Below the pieces are notes generated by a model that saw only the letters and a list, made by a program, of their open reading frames with translations, did not search any database and was not told the DNA's origin. DNA of 63,675 bases, the filler included, from Chiloscyllium plagiosum (Eukaryota), in assembly GCF_004010195.1 (NCBI RefSeq). It is 4 parts of one record of this genome, joined end to end, with 100 filler letters (N's around TTAATTAATTAA, not from the genome) between each part and the next. Parts side by side here need not be neighbours in the genome. Positions count along the whole stretch, not along the records: positions 1 to 16,550 come from NC_057710.1; positions 16,651 to 35,410 come from NC_057710.1; 2 more parts are not named here. One strand, given 5' to 3'. This document shows positions 13,985-24,489 of this stretch, piece after piece. Positions within the stretch are counted from its first letter, which is position 1; the number at the start of each line of letters is the position of its first letter. The position numbers and the translations under genes were made by a program.

Positions 13985-14020
13985 ATTCGACGTTTCGGGC
14001 ACAGGCCCTTCCTCAGGAAT
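13985..14020 (-). ncRNA. minimal type-I hammerhead ribozyme motif
   Basis: Exact reverse complement of 14032-14067. Confidence 0.7.
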
Positions 14021-14031
14021 TCCTGAGGCCC

Positions 14032-14067
14032 ATTCCTGAGGAAGGGCCTGTGCCCGAAACGTCGAAT
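14032..14067 (+). ncRNA. minimal type-I hammerhead ribozyme motif
   Basis: AUUC-CUGAGGA-A-GGGC(CUGU)GCCC-GAAAC-GUC-GAAU: intact core, helix I AUUC/GAAU, helix II 4 bp, ACGU palindrome, GUC triplet. Confidence 0.7.
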
Positions 14068-14289
14068 CTCCTGTTCCCTGGATGCTGCCTGACCTGCTGT
14101 GCTGTTCCAGCAATAAAGTTTCAACTTTGATCTCCAGCATCTGCAGACCTCACTTTCTCGGCCAAACAAAGCATCCCAGGAATATGTCAACTTCCAACAA
14201 CAGCAGCCAAGACTGGCTGCCAGCCAATCAGAACTCCAGCTCAGGAACCACAAGACCTTCCCAACATCAGAGACTGGCCAACAGCTTAT

Positions 14290-15215
14290 ACAAATGATTT
14301 GGATATGAACATAGGAGGTATAGTTAGTAAATTTGCAGATGACACCAAAATTGGAGATGTAGTGGATAACAAAGAAGGTGACCTGAGATTACAACGGGAT
14401 CTTGATCAGATGGGCCAATGGGCTGAGGAGTGGCAGATGGAGTTTAATTAAGATAAATGCAAGATTCTGCATTTTGGGAAAGCAAATCTTAGCAGGACTT
14501 ATACACTTGATAGTAAGTGTTGCTGAACAAAGAGACCTTGGAGTGCACAGGTTCATAGTTCTTTGAATGTTGAGTCATAGGTAGATAGGATAGTGAAGAA
14601 GGCATTTGGTATGCTTTCCTGTCAGAGTATTGAGTACAGGAGTGGGAGGTCATGTTACGGCTGTACAGGACTTTGGTTAGGCCACTTTTAGAATATTGCA
14701 TGCAATTTTGGTCTCCTTCCTATCGGAAAGATGTTGTGAAACCTGAAAGAGTTCAGAAAAGATTTACAAGGATGTTGCCAGGTTTGGAGGATTTGAGCTA
14801 TAGGGAGAGGTTGAATAGGCTGGAGCTGTTTTCCCTGGAGCGTCGAAGGCTGAGAGGTGAGCATAGAGGGTCATGGATAGGATAAATAGACAAAGTCTTT
14901 TCCCTGGGGTCGGAGAGTCCAGAGCTAGAGGGCATAGGTTTAGGTGAGAGGGGAAAGATATAAAGGAGACCTAAAGGACAACATTTTCACGCAGAGGCTG
15001 GTGTGTGTACGGAATGAGCTACCAGAGGAAGTGGTGGAGGCTGGTATAATTCCAACATTTAAGAGGTATCTGGATTGGTATTTGAATAGGATGGGCTTGG
15101 AGGGATATGGGCCAAGTGCTGGCAAATGGGACTAGATTGGGTTGGGATATCTGGTCCGCATGGACGAGTTGGACTGAAGGGTCTGTTTCTATGCTGTACA
15201 TCTCTATGACTCTAT
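14290..15215 (+). mobile_element. CR1 LINE 3' end
   Basis: tttgcagatgacacc (FADDT), ORF 14652-14885 (LEYCMQFWSP), tail ctctatgactcta. Confidence 0.9.
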
Positions 15216-15389
15216 AATCGCCCTCCCTATATGAGGAACCCAATTCAATACCCAACTGAAAATCTTGACTCTGTGTCAGCTGATGAGGCCTGACGGACAT
15301 ATCCGAGCTGCCCTCCATCCACTCCAATCAGAGATTGGAAACGGTGTTGATTTTGAGCTATGTTTAGACTCAGCTGAGACTAGTGAATA

Positions 15390-15680
15390 ATGAGAACATG
15401 GAACTGTACAGCAGAGGAACTGGGTCCTTTGGTCCACGATGTTGTGCTGAACGTGACGCCAAATTATACTAATCCCTTCGACCTGCCCATGGTGCATATC
15501 GGTCCATTCCTTGCATAATTAAACGCCCTTATCTTATCTGCCTCCGCTGCCACCACTGGTACTGCGCTCCTACCACTCAGTGTTTAAAAAAAACTTGCCC
15601 CCTGCATCTCCTTTGAACTCACCTCTTCTACCCCCCCGCGCCTCATCTTAAATGCATGCCACCTAGTATTAGACATGATT
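15390..15680 (-). mobile_element. CR1 3' UTR fragment
   Basis: Similar to the CR1 3' UTR at 375-620. Confidence 0.6.
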
Positions 15681-15699
15681 CATGTATTTAATGCTGGTG

Positions 15700-16550
15700 T
15701 GGCCAGAAACAGGTAGGTAATGGATTTGAACGTGTGGTTGGGGAACTGGTGCAGGAAGCAAGGATTTAAGTTCTTGGATCACTGTGGTATATTTTGTGGT
15801 AAGCATAAATTCTACAAGAGAGACGGTTTGCACCTTAATAGGTTAGGTACCAGCATTCTGGCAGGCAGGTTTTCTACTGCAGCACCGCTACACTTAAACT
15901 ATGTAGCGGGGGGAGGGGACAAACTGGATGTTTAAAAAGGAAATTGGAGGGAAAGTTAAAACAAGAGAAGTCAAGAAAGACAACTGTATCAATGAGGCAG
16001 AAAACTCGGAAAGGGATCATGCTGTAAGGTTGAGTGAAATCGGGGTTGATGGGAAGGGTGAGAGCAGTAACAAATTAAAAATACTATACATGAATGCACG
16101 AAGCATTAGACATAAGATGGATGAGCTTGAGGCTCTTTTGGAAATTGGCAGATACGATATTGTGGGGATAACTGAGACGTGGCTTCAAGTGGACAGGGCC
16201 TGGGAAATGAATATTCAAGGATACACGTGCTATCGTAAGGACAGACTGACGGGCAGAGGGGATGGGGTGGCCTTGTTAAGGGAGGATATTCAGTCCCTTG
16301 CGCAGGGGGACCTAGAATCAGGGGATGTAGAGTCAGTGTGGATAGAGCTACGAAATACTAAGGGTAAAAAGACCCTCTTGGGAGTCATCTACAGACCCCC
16401 AAACAGTAGTCTGGATGTTGGATGTAGATTGAATCAGGAGCTGAAATTGGCCTATTGCAAAGATGTTACTACAGTTGTTATGGGGGATCTCAACATGCAG
16501 GTAGACTGGGAGAATCAGGATGGTATTGGGCCACAAGAAAGAGACTTTGT
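15700..16550 (+). mobile_element. CR1 LINE ORF1 end (SGNH esterase-like) and ORF2 APE start
   Basis: FKFLDH..KRDGLHLNRLG; LKILYMNARSI..DIVGITETWL..GVIYRPPNS..MGDLN; ends at spacer. Confidence 0.9.
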
Positions 16551-16650
16551 NNNNNNNNNNNNNNNNNNNNNNNNNNNNNNNNNNNNNNNNNNNNTTAATT
16601 AATTAANNNNNNNNNNNNNNNNNNNNNNNNNNNNNNNNNNNNNNNNNNNN
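16551..16650. other. artificial 100-bp contig spacer (N44-TTAATTAATTAA-N44)
   Basis: Identical structure at three places in the window. Confidence 0.9.
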
Positions 16651-17353
16651 ACACTTCTAGCCCTGAAATGGTTAACAACAGCCAAGTGAGCTGCTGCAGG
16701 CGATTGCATGACTGCTGGAGCTTGTAAGGGATATGCATAATGTTAATTAAATCTTGGAGCCTGTAAATACCAGCCAGTATCAATTGCGCCATCGAAACTC
16801 GGGATTAATAAAGAAACCGATCGGAATCTTAACTGTCAGACAAGTGTGAATTGCTCTATCGGAACCTGTAACTAGTGAGTGTGAATGGCTCTATTTAAGT
16901 CTAAAGTTGATAAGTGTAATTGTCAATTTAGTTAAACTGAAACTATTGAAAATGGCTAGCCTGTCAGACGCATAGTAATTCCTTGAAACAATGAACTATT
17001 GAATACGGGATTGGAACCGCTCCCGGGGATGGCTGAGCCATTGTCAAGCATAGCAGGAGCTGGACAGGCACTTCGATGCGGCCAATAGGAGGATGGATCC
17101 CCAGCGCGCGCAGATGAATGGACCAATGGGGAAGGCGAACTGACCGGGGACTCCAGGCAGCGCGAAGTATAATTGTGTCAACTTTGAACGGGAAGGCAGA
17201 ACGCCTTCTCCAACGAATGCATGCTTGTAGATTCGTTGTACCAGTTAAGATTCTGTGAATAAACGGCTGTCTGCGTCTAACCATAGTTGCCAGTGTGAGT
17301 CTCTCCTTCCGAAAGAACACGCAAAGACGGGACCCCGCGGGTCCGTCTTAACA
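16651..17353 (+). mobile_element. retroviral-type LTR (5' end lost in gap)
   Basis: CCAAT 17082 and 17123, TATAA 17168, AATAAA 17258, terminal TTAACA directly abutting CR1 sequence; CpG-rich. Confidence 0.65.
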
Positions 17354-18070
17354 CAGTCCTGCCCATCCCTGAGCCATGTTTCCGTAATTGCTATGATATC
17401 CCAGTCCCATGTTCCTAACCATGCCCTGAGTTCATCTGCCTTCCCTGTTAGGCCCCTTGCATTTAAATAAATGCAGTTTAATTTATTAGTCCTACCTTGT
17501 CCCTGCCTACCCTGACTGTTTGATTCACTTCTGTTGTCAGCTGTACCCGTCTCAGATTGATCTCTTTCCTCACTATCTCCCTGGGTCCCACCCCCCCACC
17601 TTACTAGTTTAAATTCTCCCGAGCAGCTCGAGTAAATCTCCCTGCCAGTATATTAGTCCCCTTCCAATTTAGGTGCAATCCGTCCTTCTTGTACATGTTA
17701 CTTCTACCCCAAAAGAGATTCCAATGATCCAAAAATGTGAATCCTTCTCCCATACACCAGCTCCTCAGCCATGCAATCATCTGCTCTATCCTCCTATTCC
17801 TGCCCTCACTATTTCGTAGCACTGGGAGTAATCCAGATATTATTACCCTTGAGGACCTCCTTTTTAAAATTCTACCTAACTCCCTGTATTCTCCCTTCAG
17901 AGTCTCAACCTTTTCCCTTCCAATGTCGTTGGTTCCAATGTGGACAATGACCTCCTGCTGGCCCCTCTCCCCCGTGAGAACATTCTGCACCCTCTGAGAC
18001 ATCCTTGATCCTGGCACCAGGGAAACAACACACCATTCTGCTTTTTCTCTGCTGGCCACAGAAACTTCTG
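17354..18070 (-). mobile_element. CR1 LINE ORF1 (SGNH esterase-like) and start of ORF2
   Basis: ORF 17604-18083: VIVHIGTNDIG..VIISGLLPV..FLDHW..DGLHLN. Confidence 0.9.
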
Positions 18071-18794
18071 TACTTCCAGCCATGTTTTTATTTGAACTAT
18101 AACATTATGTTCCACAGAGAAAACTACAAGAAATCAATACCTGAAACCAATGTTTGGCCTACAGTGGAAATCTTTACAAAAAAGATGACTTACGCAGTAA
18201 AACTATCACAGAAATTTCTATCTAACTCCATTTATATACAGTTTTGTCTTATTCCTCTTCTCTCCTATCCCCATGCCCATTCGACTCTTTCAGGTTTATT
18301 TACTTAATTAAAAACAGAAACTGCAAGAAATATTTCTGCGAGTTCACATTTTTATCCTCCTTTCATTCTGAACAAAAGTTATTACGTTTTTCTCTCTTCC
18401 CACAGATGCTGCCAGACCTGCATTTCCAAACTATTCTGTTTTAATTTTAGACCTTCAACACTTGCAGTATTCTGCTTGTATTCCTTACCTAAATAGCAAT
18501 TTTTTTCCTATACAAGACTAGACATTCAGCATTGGCAGGCTGCTGCACATTAGGAAGCATTAACATAGATTGCCACTGTATCCTCACGCCATGTAGACTA
18601 ATAGATTACTTCTTAACATGGGTGTTTGCATAGTGATCAAAACTCAGTAGAAAATTTTCTACTGAGCATTGAAGCACTGAAGCATTGAAGCACTCTTATT
18701 CCTTGGGAAAAACTCTATGAGTTCAGTAATTGAGTACAAAACCTGAAGACTTCGATCATAAGAAACTAAAGTGGTAAAAGGCAGGCTTGCTCAC

Positions 18795-18908
18795 CTTCAG
18801 TTTATCTTTGGGCAGTGCTACGGCTCCCTGTTTGATGACCTCCAGAACTCGTTCCACTGACAGGTCTGCACCAGCCTGTTCCAGCCGATAACTGAAAAAG
18901 CTGATCAC
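18795..18908 (-). CDS. DYM: dymeclin penultimate coding exon (114 nt, phase 0/0)
   Basis: tgtag|[38 protein letters not shown]|gtgagc; matches recalled human dymeclin [38 protein letters not shown]. Confidence 0.95.
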
Positions 18909-19074
18909 CTACAATTTAAACATGATTCGTAATCAAAATCTGGTTTCCTAAACACAGAATGACAGTCCATTCTCCACTTAAATATATTTATATGATGAAC
19001 AAAAGTATTTTTGCCAACTTTGCAAAAGGTTTATGTATTTTCCTTTCTGATTTTTATGAACTGCATGCCCAAAC

Positions 19075-19340
19075 ATGAAGCAATTTGTGTACAATATTGA
19101 TTTGAATTATTATTGTCACATGCACCTAGGTACAGTGAAAAGTTTTGTTTTGCATGCAGTAAAGACAGATCATACCATACAGAGTGCATTAGGGTAATAG
19201 AACAGAGTGAAGAATTCAATGTTACGGCTGTGGAAAAGATGCAGAGAGAGTGAGATCAACATTAATTTTTAAATTTGAGAGGTTCATTCAGAAGTATAAC
19301 AACAGTGGGGAAGAAGTTGTTCTTGAATCAACTTGCAGGT
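19075..19340 (-). mobile_element. LINE-derived 3' end fragment (family not assigned)
   Basis: ttattgtcacatg...agtgaaaagttt end shared with the insert at 28806. Confidence 0.45.
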
Positions 19341-19595
19341 GAGCTATTGGTCAAAACCAATGGGATCTAACAGCATGCTTGGTGATACCCTAGATCGGTA
19401 AAACATAGTTGGGAAAAAAAGTGTTCTACCCCCCCCCATTAACTTGACATGTATATCACATTCAAAACTGCATTCCAAAAAGCACAAATGAATGTTTATT
19501 ATTTTCAGACATAAATAGTCCTAATTTCTAAATAAATAAAGGTATTAGACCGAATCTGTCAGAATTTTCAAGTCCTTTTGTGTTAAGAATGCAAA

Positions 19596-20250
19596 TGCAG
19601 ATAACAATGGAATGTTAGCTTTTATAGCTAAAGGAATAGAAAAAAAGGAAAGGAAGTATTGTTGCAACTATACAAGGTATTGATGAGACTGCACCTGAAA
19701 TATTGTGCACAATTTTGGACCCCTTATTTGAGGAAAGATGTAGTGGCATTGAAGGCACTTCAAAGGTTCACTAGATTTATCCCAGAGATGAGGGGCTTGT
19801 CGTATGAAGAGAGATTGAAAACTTAAGGTTTATACTTTCTAGAATTTAGAAGAATGAGGGGAGATCAAATTGAGGTATTCAAGATGATAAAAGGTATGGA
19901 TATAAAATAGACGTGGAGCAGATGCTTCCTCTTGTGGGACATTCTTGGATGAGAAATCATACATAGTCTTAGGATAAAGGGTAGCAAATTTATAACAGAG
20001 TTAAGAAAAAACTACTACTCCCTAAGGAACTGTGAATCTGTGGAATTCACTACCCCAAGTGCAGTGGATACTGGGACAGTGAGTAAATTTAAGGAGGGGT
20101 TGAACAAATTTTTAATTGGTAATGGGTTGAAGTGTTATGGGGAGAAGGCAAGAAAATGGGGGTGAGGAGCATATCAGCCATGATTGAATGGCGGAGCAAA
20201 CTCGATGGGCCAAATGGCCTAGTTCATCTTCTATATCTTATGAACCTATG
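19596..20250 (+). mobile_element. CR1 LINE 3' end
   Basis: HLKYCAQFW-like segment, agaatgaggggagatc, 3' UTR gatgggccaaatggcct. Confidence 0.8.
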
Positions 20251-20479
20251 AACTGTATAAATACCATTACTTTTGATGCTGTGCAATCTGGCCTCAATAA
20301 AAAAGGGCAAATTCAACTTCATTAATTACCAAAGCGAACAGAACTAATGTTTAAACTACAACATGGAAATGGGTTTTTGGTACTATAAATAAAATAGAAA
20401 ATACACATACAATGGGAACACAATTGCAAATAACTTATACATTCCCCAGATAATACAGAATATGAATATTACTGTAAAA

Positions 20480-21205
20480 TAGGAGATATGTTGCTAAAAC
20501 TTTCAACGTGCATTCATCGGGACAAATGCAGGATTACCAAATTTTAACCAATCACAATTCATGAGAAAAGGGTCCTGACTGGTTGGCAAGTTGACTGATC
20601 GGCTGAGGTGTTGCCCTGGATAAAGCTCTCATGTAATTTTAAAGCAGCATAAAACTTGCTTACAGAATATTAGTCTCTGAATATGGATATATTTCACTGC
20701 AAGCATATGTTCATGGTATAAACTTGACTGATGATCTTAAGTTGGTAGGTAGTGCAGCCATTAGCATACTCAGGATTGTTTTACCAAGTATTGCTCAATA
20801 ATGGAATCACATCTAATAGTACACATTTTGTTTTGAGTTTTGCAAGTGCAGGCCGATTGAGTGTGGTTAGTACTCTCCCCATTATGAATAACTGAAGGAA
20901 ACTAAAGTCGATTATACTAGTCAGCTGTTTAGATGTTCGGCTTATGGACAACATTATAGGCGGAGCAGCAACTTGACAGTGGACCATATCACTTGTGACT
21001 CTGCATAATAACAGCATGAACCTGCTTGCCTAATTTGTTCAGTTTATCAGAGACATTTTGCCATACCAGGATAAATTGAGGTAGACCCAGCACTATTCAG
21101 GTCTGAAAGTGGGGGCCTTTAGCTCACCTTGTAAGCTTGATGCAAAAATAGAACACATCAAAATTAGACTGCATGGCAATGGCTATCCAGATCAAATCAT
21201 TGTTC
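20480..21205. mobile_element. highly degenerate Penelope-like fragments
   Basis: SPCKLDAKIEHIKIRLHGNGYPDQII (21109 ORF) resembles the PLE thumb-region NGYP motif. Confidence 0.4.
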
Positions 21206-21497
21206 TTTTCTTCCACAGTGTATATTGTTCTGATTGTTTGAAATTTGGTTTTCTTGCAATTGTCGTTATAGTAGAAGGTGAAAAGCTTTGATAATATATC
21301 TTCTTAAGAGTAAGAAACTAATCATTCTTTTCCTAAGAATAATGTAACAATATAAAGAGTAAAGGATATTCTATAACATTTATAAAGTGAGCAACAGCCA
21401 ATTATCATTATTTGGAGATGCCGGTGTTGGACTCTGGTGTACAAAGTTAAAAATCACACAACACCAGGTTATAGTCCAACAGGTTTAATTGGAAGCA

Positions 21498-21532
21498 CAC
21501 TAGCTTTCGAAGCGACGCTCCTTCATCAGGTG
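21498..21532 (-). ncRNA. minimal type-I hammerhead ribozyme motif (AGCU type)
   Basis: CAC-CUGAUGA-A-GGAGC(GUC)GCUUC-GAAA-GC-UA-GUG. Confidence 0.65.
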
Positions 21533-21543
21533 ATTGTCACAAT

Positions 21544-21578
21544 CATCTGATGAAGGAGCGTCGCTCCGAAAGCTAGTG
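21544..21578 (+). ncRNA. minimal type-I hammerhead ribozyme motif (AGCU type)
   Basis: CAU-CUGAUGA-A-GGAGC(GUC)GCUCC-GAAA-GC-UA-GUG. Confidence 0.65.
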
Positions 21579-21769
21579 TGCTTCCAATTAAACCTGTTGG
21601 ACTATAACCTGGTGTTGTGTGATTTTTAACTAATTATCATTAGTATGCATCTGAAAAGTGTTATGGAAGTTGCTAGTCTAAACTTCATATAAAACAATCA
21701 TGGGCAGGAAACAAATGAGATTGCTTTTACTTGTAAAATATTGCAATAAAACACTTACAAAACTCATGG

Positions 21770-21990
21770 CGGTGTAGGTACACACAGAACTTACATGTGG
21801 AGAGATAACAGCAAGATAATTTCAGGTAATTAAGAGTGTCAAAAGATAGGTACAAACAGCATGAGTGGAGTGCCAACAGGCTGAATAACAAGCATTTGCA
21901 GGTGATCAAAAGTGTTAAATGGTGTGAATAAAGTGTCACCAGCTGAATATGATCAGATTAATTAAGGTGGAGAGATAATTACAATAATTA
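21770..21990 (-). mobile_element. fragment of family-B Penelope-like 3' region
   Basis: Near-identical to 23890-24098. Confidence 0.7.
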
Positions 21991-22161
21991 TAAAAAAATA
22001 AAATGGTCCTATTGTTTTAAGTTTTAACAATAAGTATTAAAAACTCATAAGGTTTTTGTAAAGATACAAATTCAGTTCATGCTAATGTTGTTCGAGGCTC
22101 AGATGAGAAATTGCAGGACATTCAATGGGTTAGACTGATGGTGGCAGGGTAGAAATCAACT

Positions 22162-22355
22162 AGGAGAAAGTGAGGATTGCAGATGCTGGAGATCAAGTCG
22201 AGAGTGGGGTGCTGGAAAAGCACAGCAGGTCAGGCAGCATCCGAGGAGCAGGAGAATTGACACCTGATGAAAGACTCTTGCCCGAAACGTCGATTCTCCT
22301 ACTCCTCAGATGCTTCCTGACTTGCTGTGCTTTTCCAGCACCCTATTCTCGACTC
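22162..22355. mobile_element. fold-back family-A element, degenerate
   Basis: Inverted arms around cctgatgaaagactcttgcccgaaacgtc. Confidence 0.75.
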
Positions 22356-23184
22356 TGATGGTAGCAAGGTGACGGACAATTGCGACTGGTTCTCAGAAGT
22401 CTTAATAGCTTTAGCAATAGCACAAGTGCACAATAGCTTTAGCAATAGCACTGATCCCACACCACCACTTGTGGAGGTGTGGGATCAGAAAATATTTAAA
22501 TAAATATGGCCGTGTAAACTGGTTTAGTCCAACATGTCCAATTGCTCCTGAACAGCATTTCACAATTACAATTTTTCAGGAGGTGGCTTTTTTTCAAGGT
22601 GCAGTTTAAAATTGGAAAGAATATTTCAGCTATGTTTATACATACAATGTTATCTATTACTCATTTGTATTACAAGTTTAATGTCAGTGAAATGTTATTT
22701 TGGGGCTTCACATCAATGCTAATATTGTGGAGTGGAAATTAGAGTTCAAGACCTTAACAGAATATAGCCAAGCAAGCCTACCTTACCTCAATAGTCCTTG
22801 CTTTTGTTTCAGGCTGGTATTGGATTCCAAAATGGACTGCATTTATACTACAACTCCTTTTGTAGAGGAAAATTGGGATGAAATGTGATCTTCATTCTAT
22901 TATTTTCAATACTGTATGCCCAAAAGCTCTATTCATACAACATGAAATTTAAAAAACTTCTGATCATAGAATACACAGAAGTAAATATTATTTTAAACTG
23001 TTACAACAAGGTTATCCTTGAAAAATCTTGTTCAATATCTGTGGTCCCATTTCTTTTACAAGATGTTCTAATATTGTTGTTGTAGTCAACAAAAGCCAAC
23101 TTGTCAATATATAAAAGTTAAAATAGGAGTCAAAACTCAGATATCTGCAATCAAGCTGAAGTGGTGCAATAGCAATTTAAGCAA

Positions 23185-23410
23185 CAAAAACAGAAATTGC
23201 TGAAAAAGCTCAGTAGGTCTGGCAGAATGTGTAGAGAGAAATCAGAGTTTACATTTTGGGTCCAGTGACCCTTCTTCAGAACTGGACCCAGGGTCACTGG
23301 ACCCAAAATGTTAATTCTAATTTCTCTCCACAGATGCTGCTAGACCTGCTAAGCTTTTCCCACAATTTCTGTTTTTGCTTCTGACTTCCAGCATCCACAG
23401 TTCTTTTGCT
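23185..23410. mobile_element. fold-back Penelope-derived element (family D), hammerhead decayed
   Basis: Arms 23185-23272 / ~23290-23377; minus-strand GUU-CUGAAGA-A-GGGUC(ACUG)GACCC-AAAAU-GUA-AAC; imperfect TSD aatttaagcaa / aatttaggcaa. Confidence 0.75.
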
Positions 23411-23463
23411 TTAAATTTAGGCAAACTTGAATGAACGGAATATTTATTAATTTCATCCATTAC

Positions 23464-23646
23464 CATGTCAAGATTCTGCATCACGTCCTGGAAGGAGGGG
23501 TGTGTGCGGAATTGTTCAAAAAGATCTCGTTTGTATAGGAGTGCATACACAAGATTGGGGTTGTGGTGAAGCGAAGTGGAAAGGCAAGAATTTATGATCT
23601 CCAGCATCATTCGGATCACCTCTTCAATTACATTGAGGTCCTGAGC
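23464..23646 (-). CDS. DYM: dymeclin internal coding exon (183 nt, phase 0/0)
   Basis: ctcacag|[61 protein letters not shown]|gtaatg; near-identical to recalled human dymeclin. Confidence 0.97.
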
Positions 23647-23789
23647 CTGTGAGAGGAAAAGTATAAAAATAAGTCGAGCTCACTACAATAGAAACGACAT
23701 TTGTGCACTGTCTGACTAGTGATACATAGTTATCAGCATCTATGAAATGATAATAATTTGTATAAGAAAGTTGAAATAAAAACAAAGTC

Positions 23790-24420
23790 AGAAGTCACAC
23801 AATACCACATCATAGTCCAACAGATGTAGTTGAAATCACATGCTTTTGGCACACTGTTTCTTCATCAGGTGAAATGGAGGGAAGCACACAGGCACAGAAC
23901 TTACATGTGGAGAGATAACAGCAAGATAATTTCAGGTAATTAAGAGTGTCAAAAGATAGGTACAAATAGCATGAGTGGAGTGCCAACAGGCTGAATAACA
24001 AGCATTTGCAGGTGATCAAAAGTGTTAAAGTGTATGAATAAAGTGTCACCAGCTGAATATGATCAGATTAATTAAGGTGGAGAGATAATTACAATAATCA
24101 AAGATAAAATGGTCCAAGAGACAAATCAAACGGCTGGAATAACATGATAGGAATACGAGTCGTACGACAAGGGTCTAACCAAAGTAACAGGTAATTCAAA
24201 ACTGTACAAACTAATTAAGGTAAACAGATAATAAGAAGTTATCAAGGTGACAGTGTCAACACAGAACTGTAAGGAAGATTTGACACAGAACAGTATGGTG
24301 GGGTTACATGCTGTGCTGCATGAACCCAAGATCACAATTGAGGTCATCCTCATTGGTTAGGAATTTGGCTGAGTTTCTGCTCGGCAATTCTGTGTTGTTC
24401 TATATTTCGAAGGCTGCCTT
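23790..24420 (-). mobile_element. family-B Penelope-like 3' region with degenerate hammerhead tail
   Basis: atagtccaac..cttcatcaggtg tail; reverse-complement homolog of 26285-27090. Confidence 0.7.
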
Positions 24421-24489
24421 TGATTTAATACACGCCGGGACGTCGAACAATTCTTCTGTCGCCTCCGCGCTTACTTTCACAATCAGGAT

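Larger units (their letters stand above)
13926..14158. mobile_element. young fold-back Penelope-derived element (family A) with two opposed hammerheads
   Basis: Perfect 94-bp inverted repeat 13927-14020 / 14032-14125; 16-bp TSD cggccaaacaaagcat (13910-13925, 14159-14174). Confidence 0.9.
21411..21631. mobile_element. fold-back Penelope-derived element (family B) with two opposed hammerheads
   Basis: 93-bp arms 21445-21537 / 21539-21631 (2 mismatches); 11-bp TSD aattatcatta (21400-21410, 21632-21642). Confidence 0.88.

Noticed and set aside
13841..14297. Several overlapping ORFs on both strands
   Set aside because: By-products of the palindromic repeat.
1..18700. Terminal DYM exon ([24 protein letters not shown]-like)
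   Set aside because: Searched by eye on the minus strand and not found; probably left of the window.
23317..23463. ORF-track extension of the DYM exon
   Set aside because: Read-through past the GT donor into intron and repeat.
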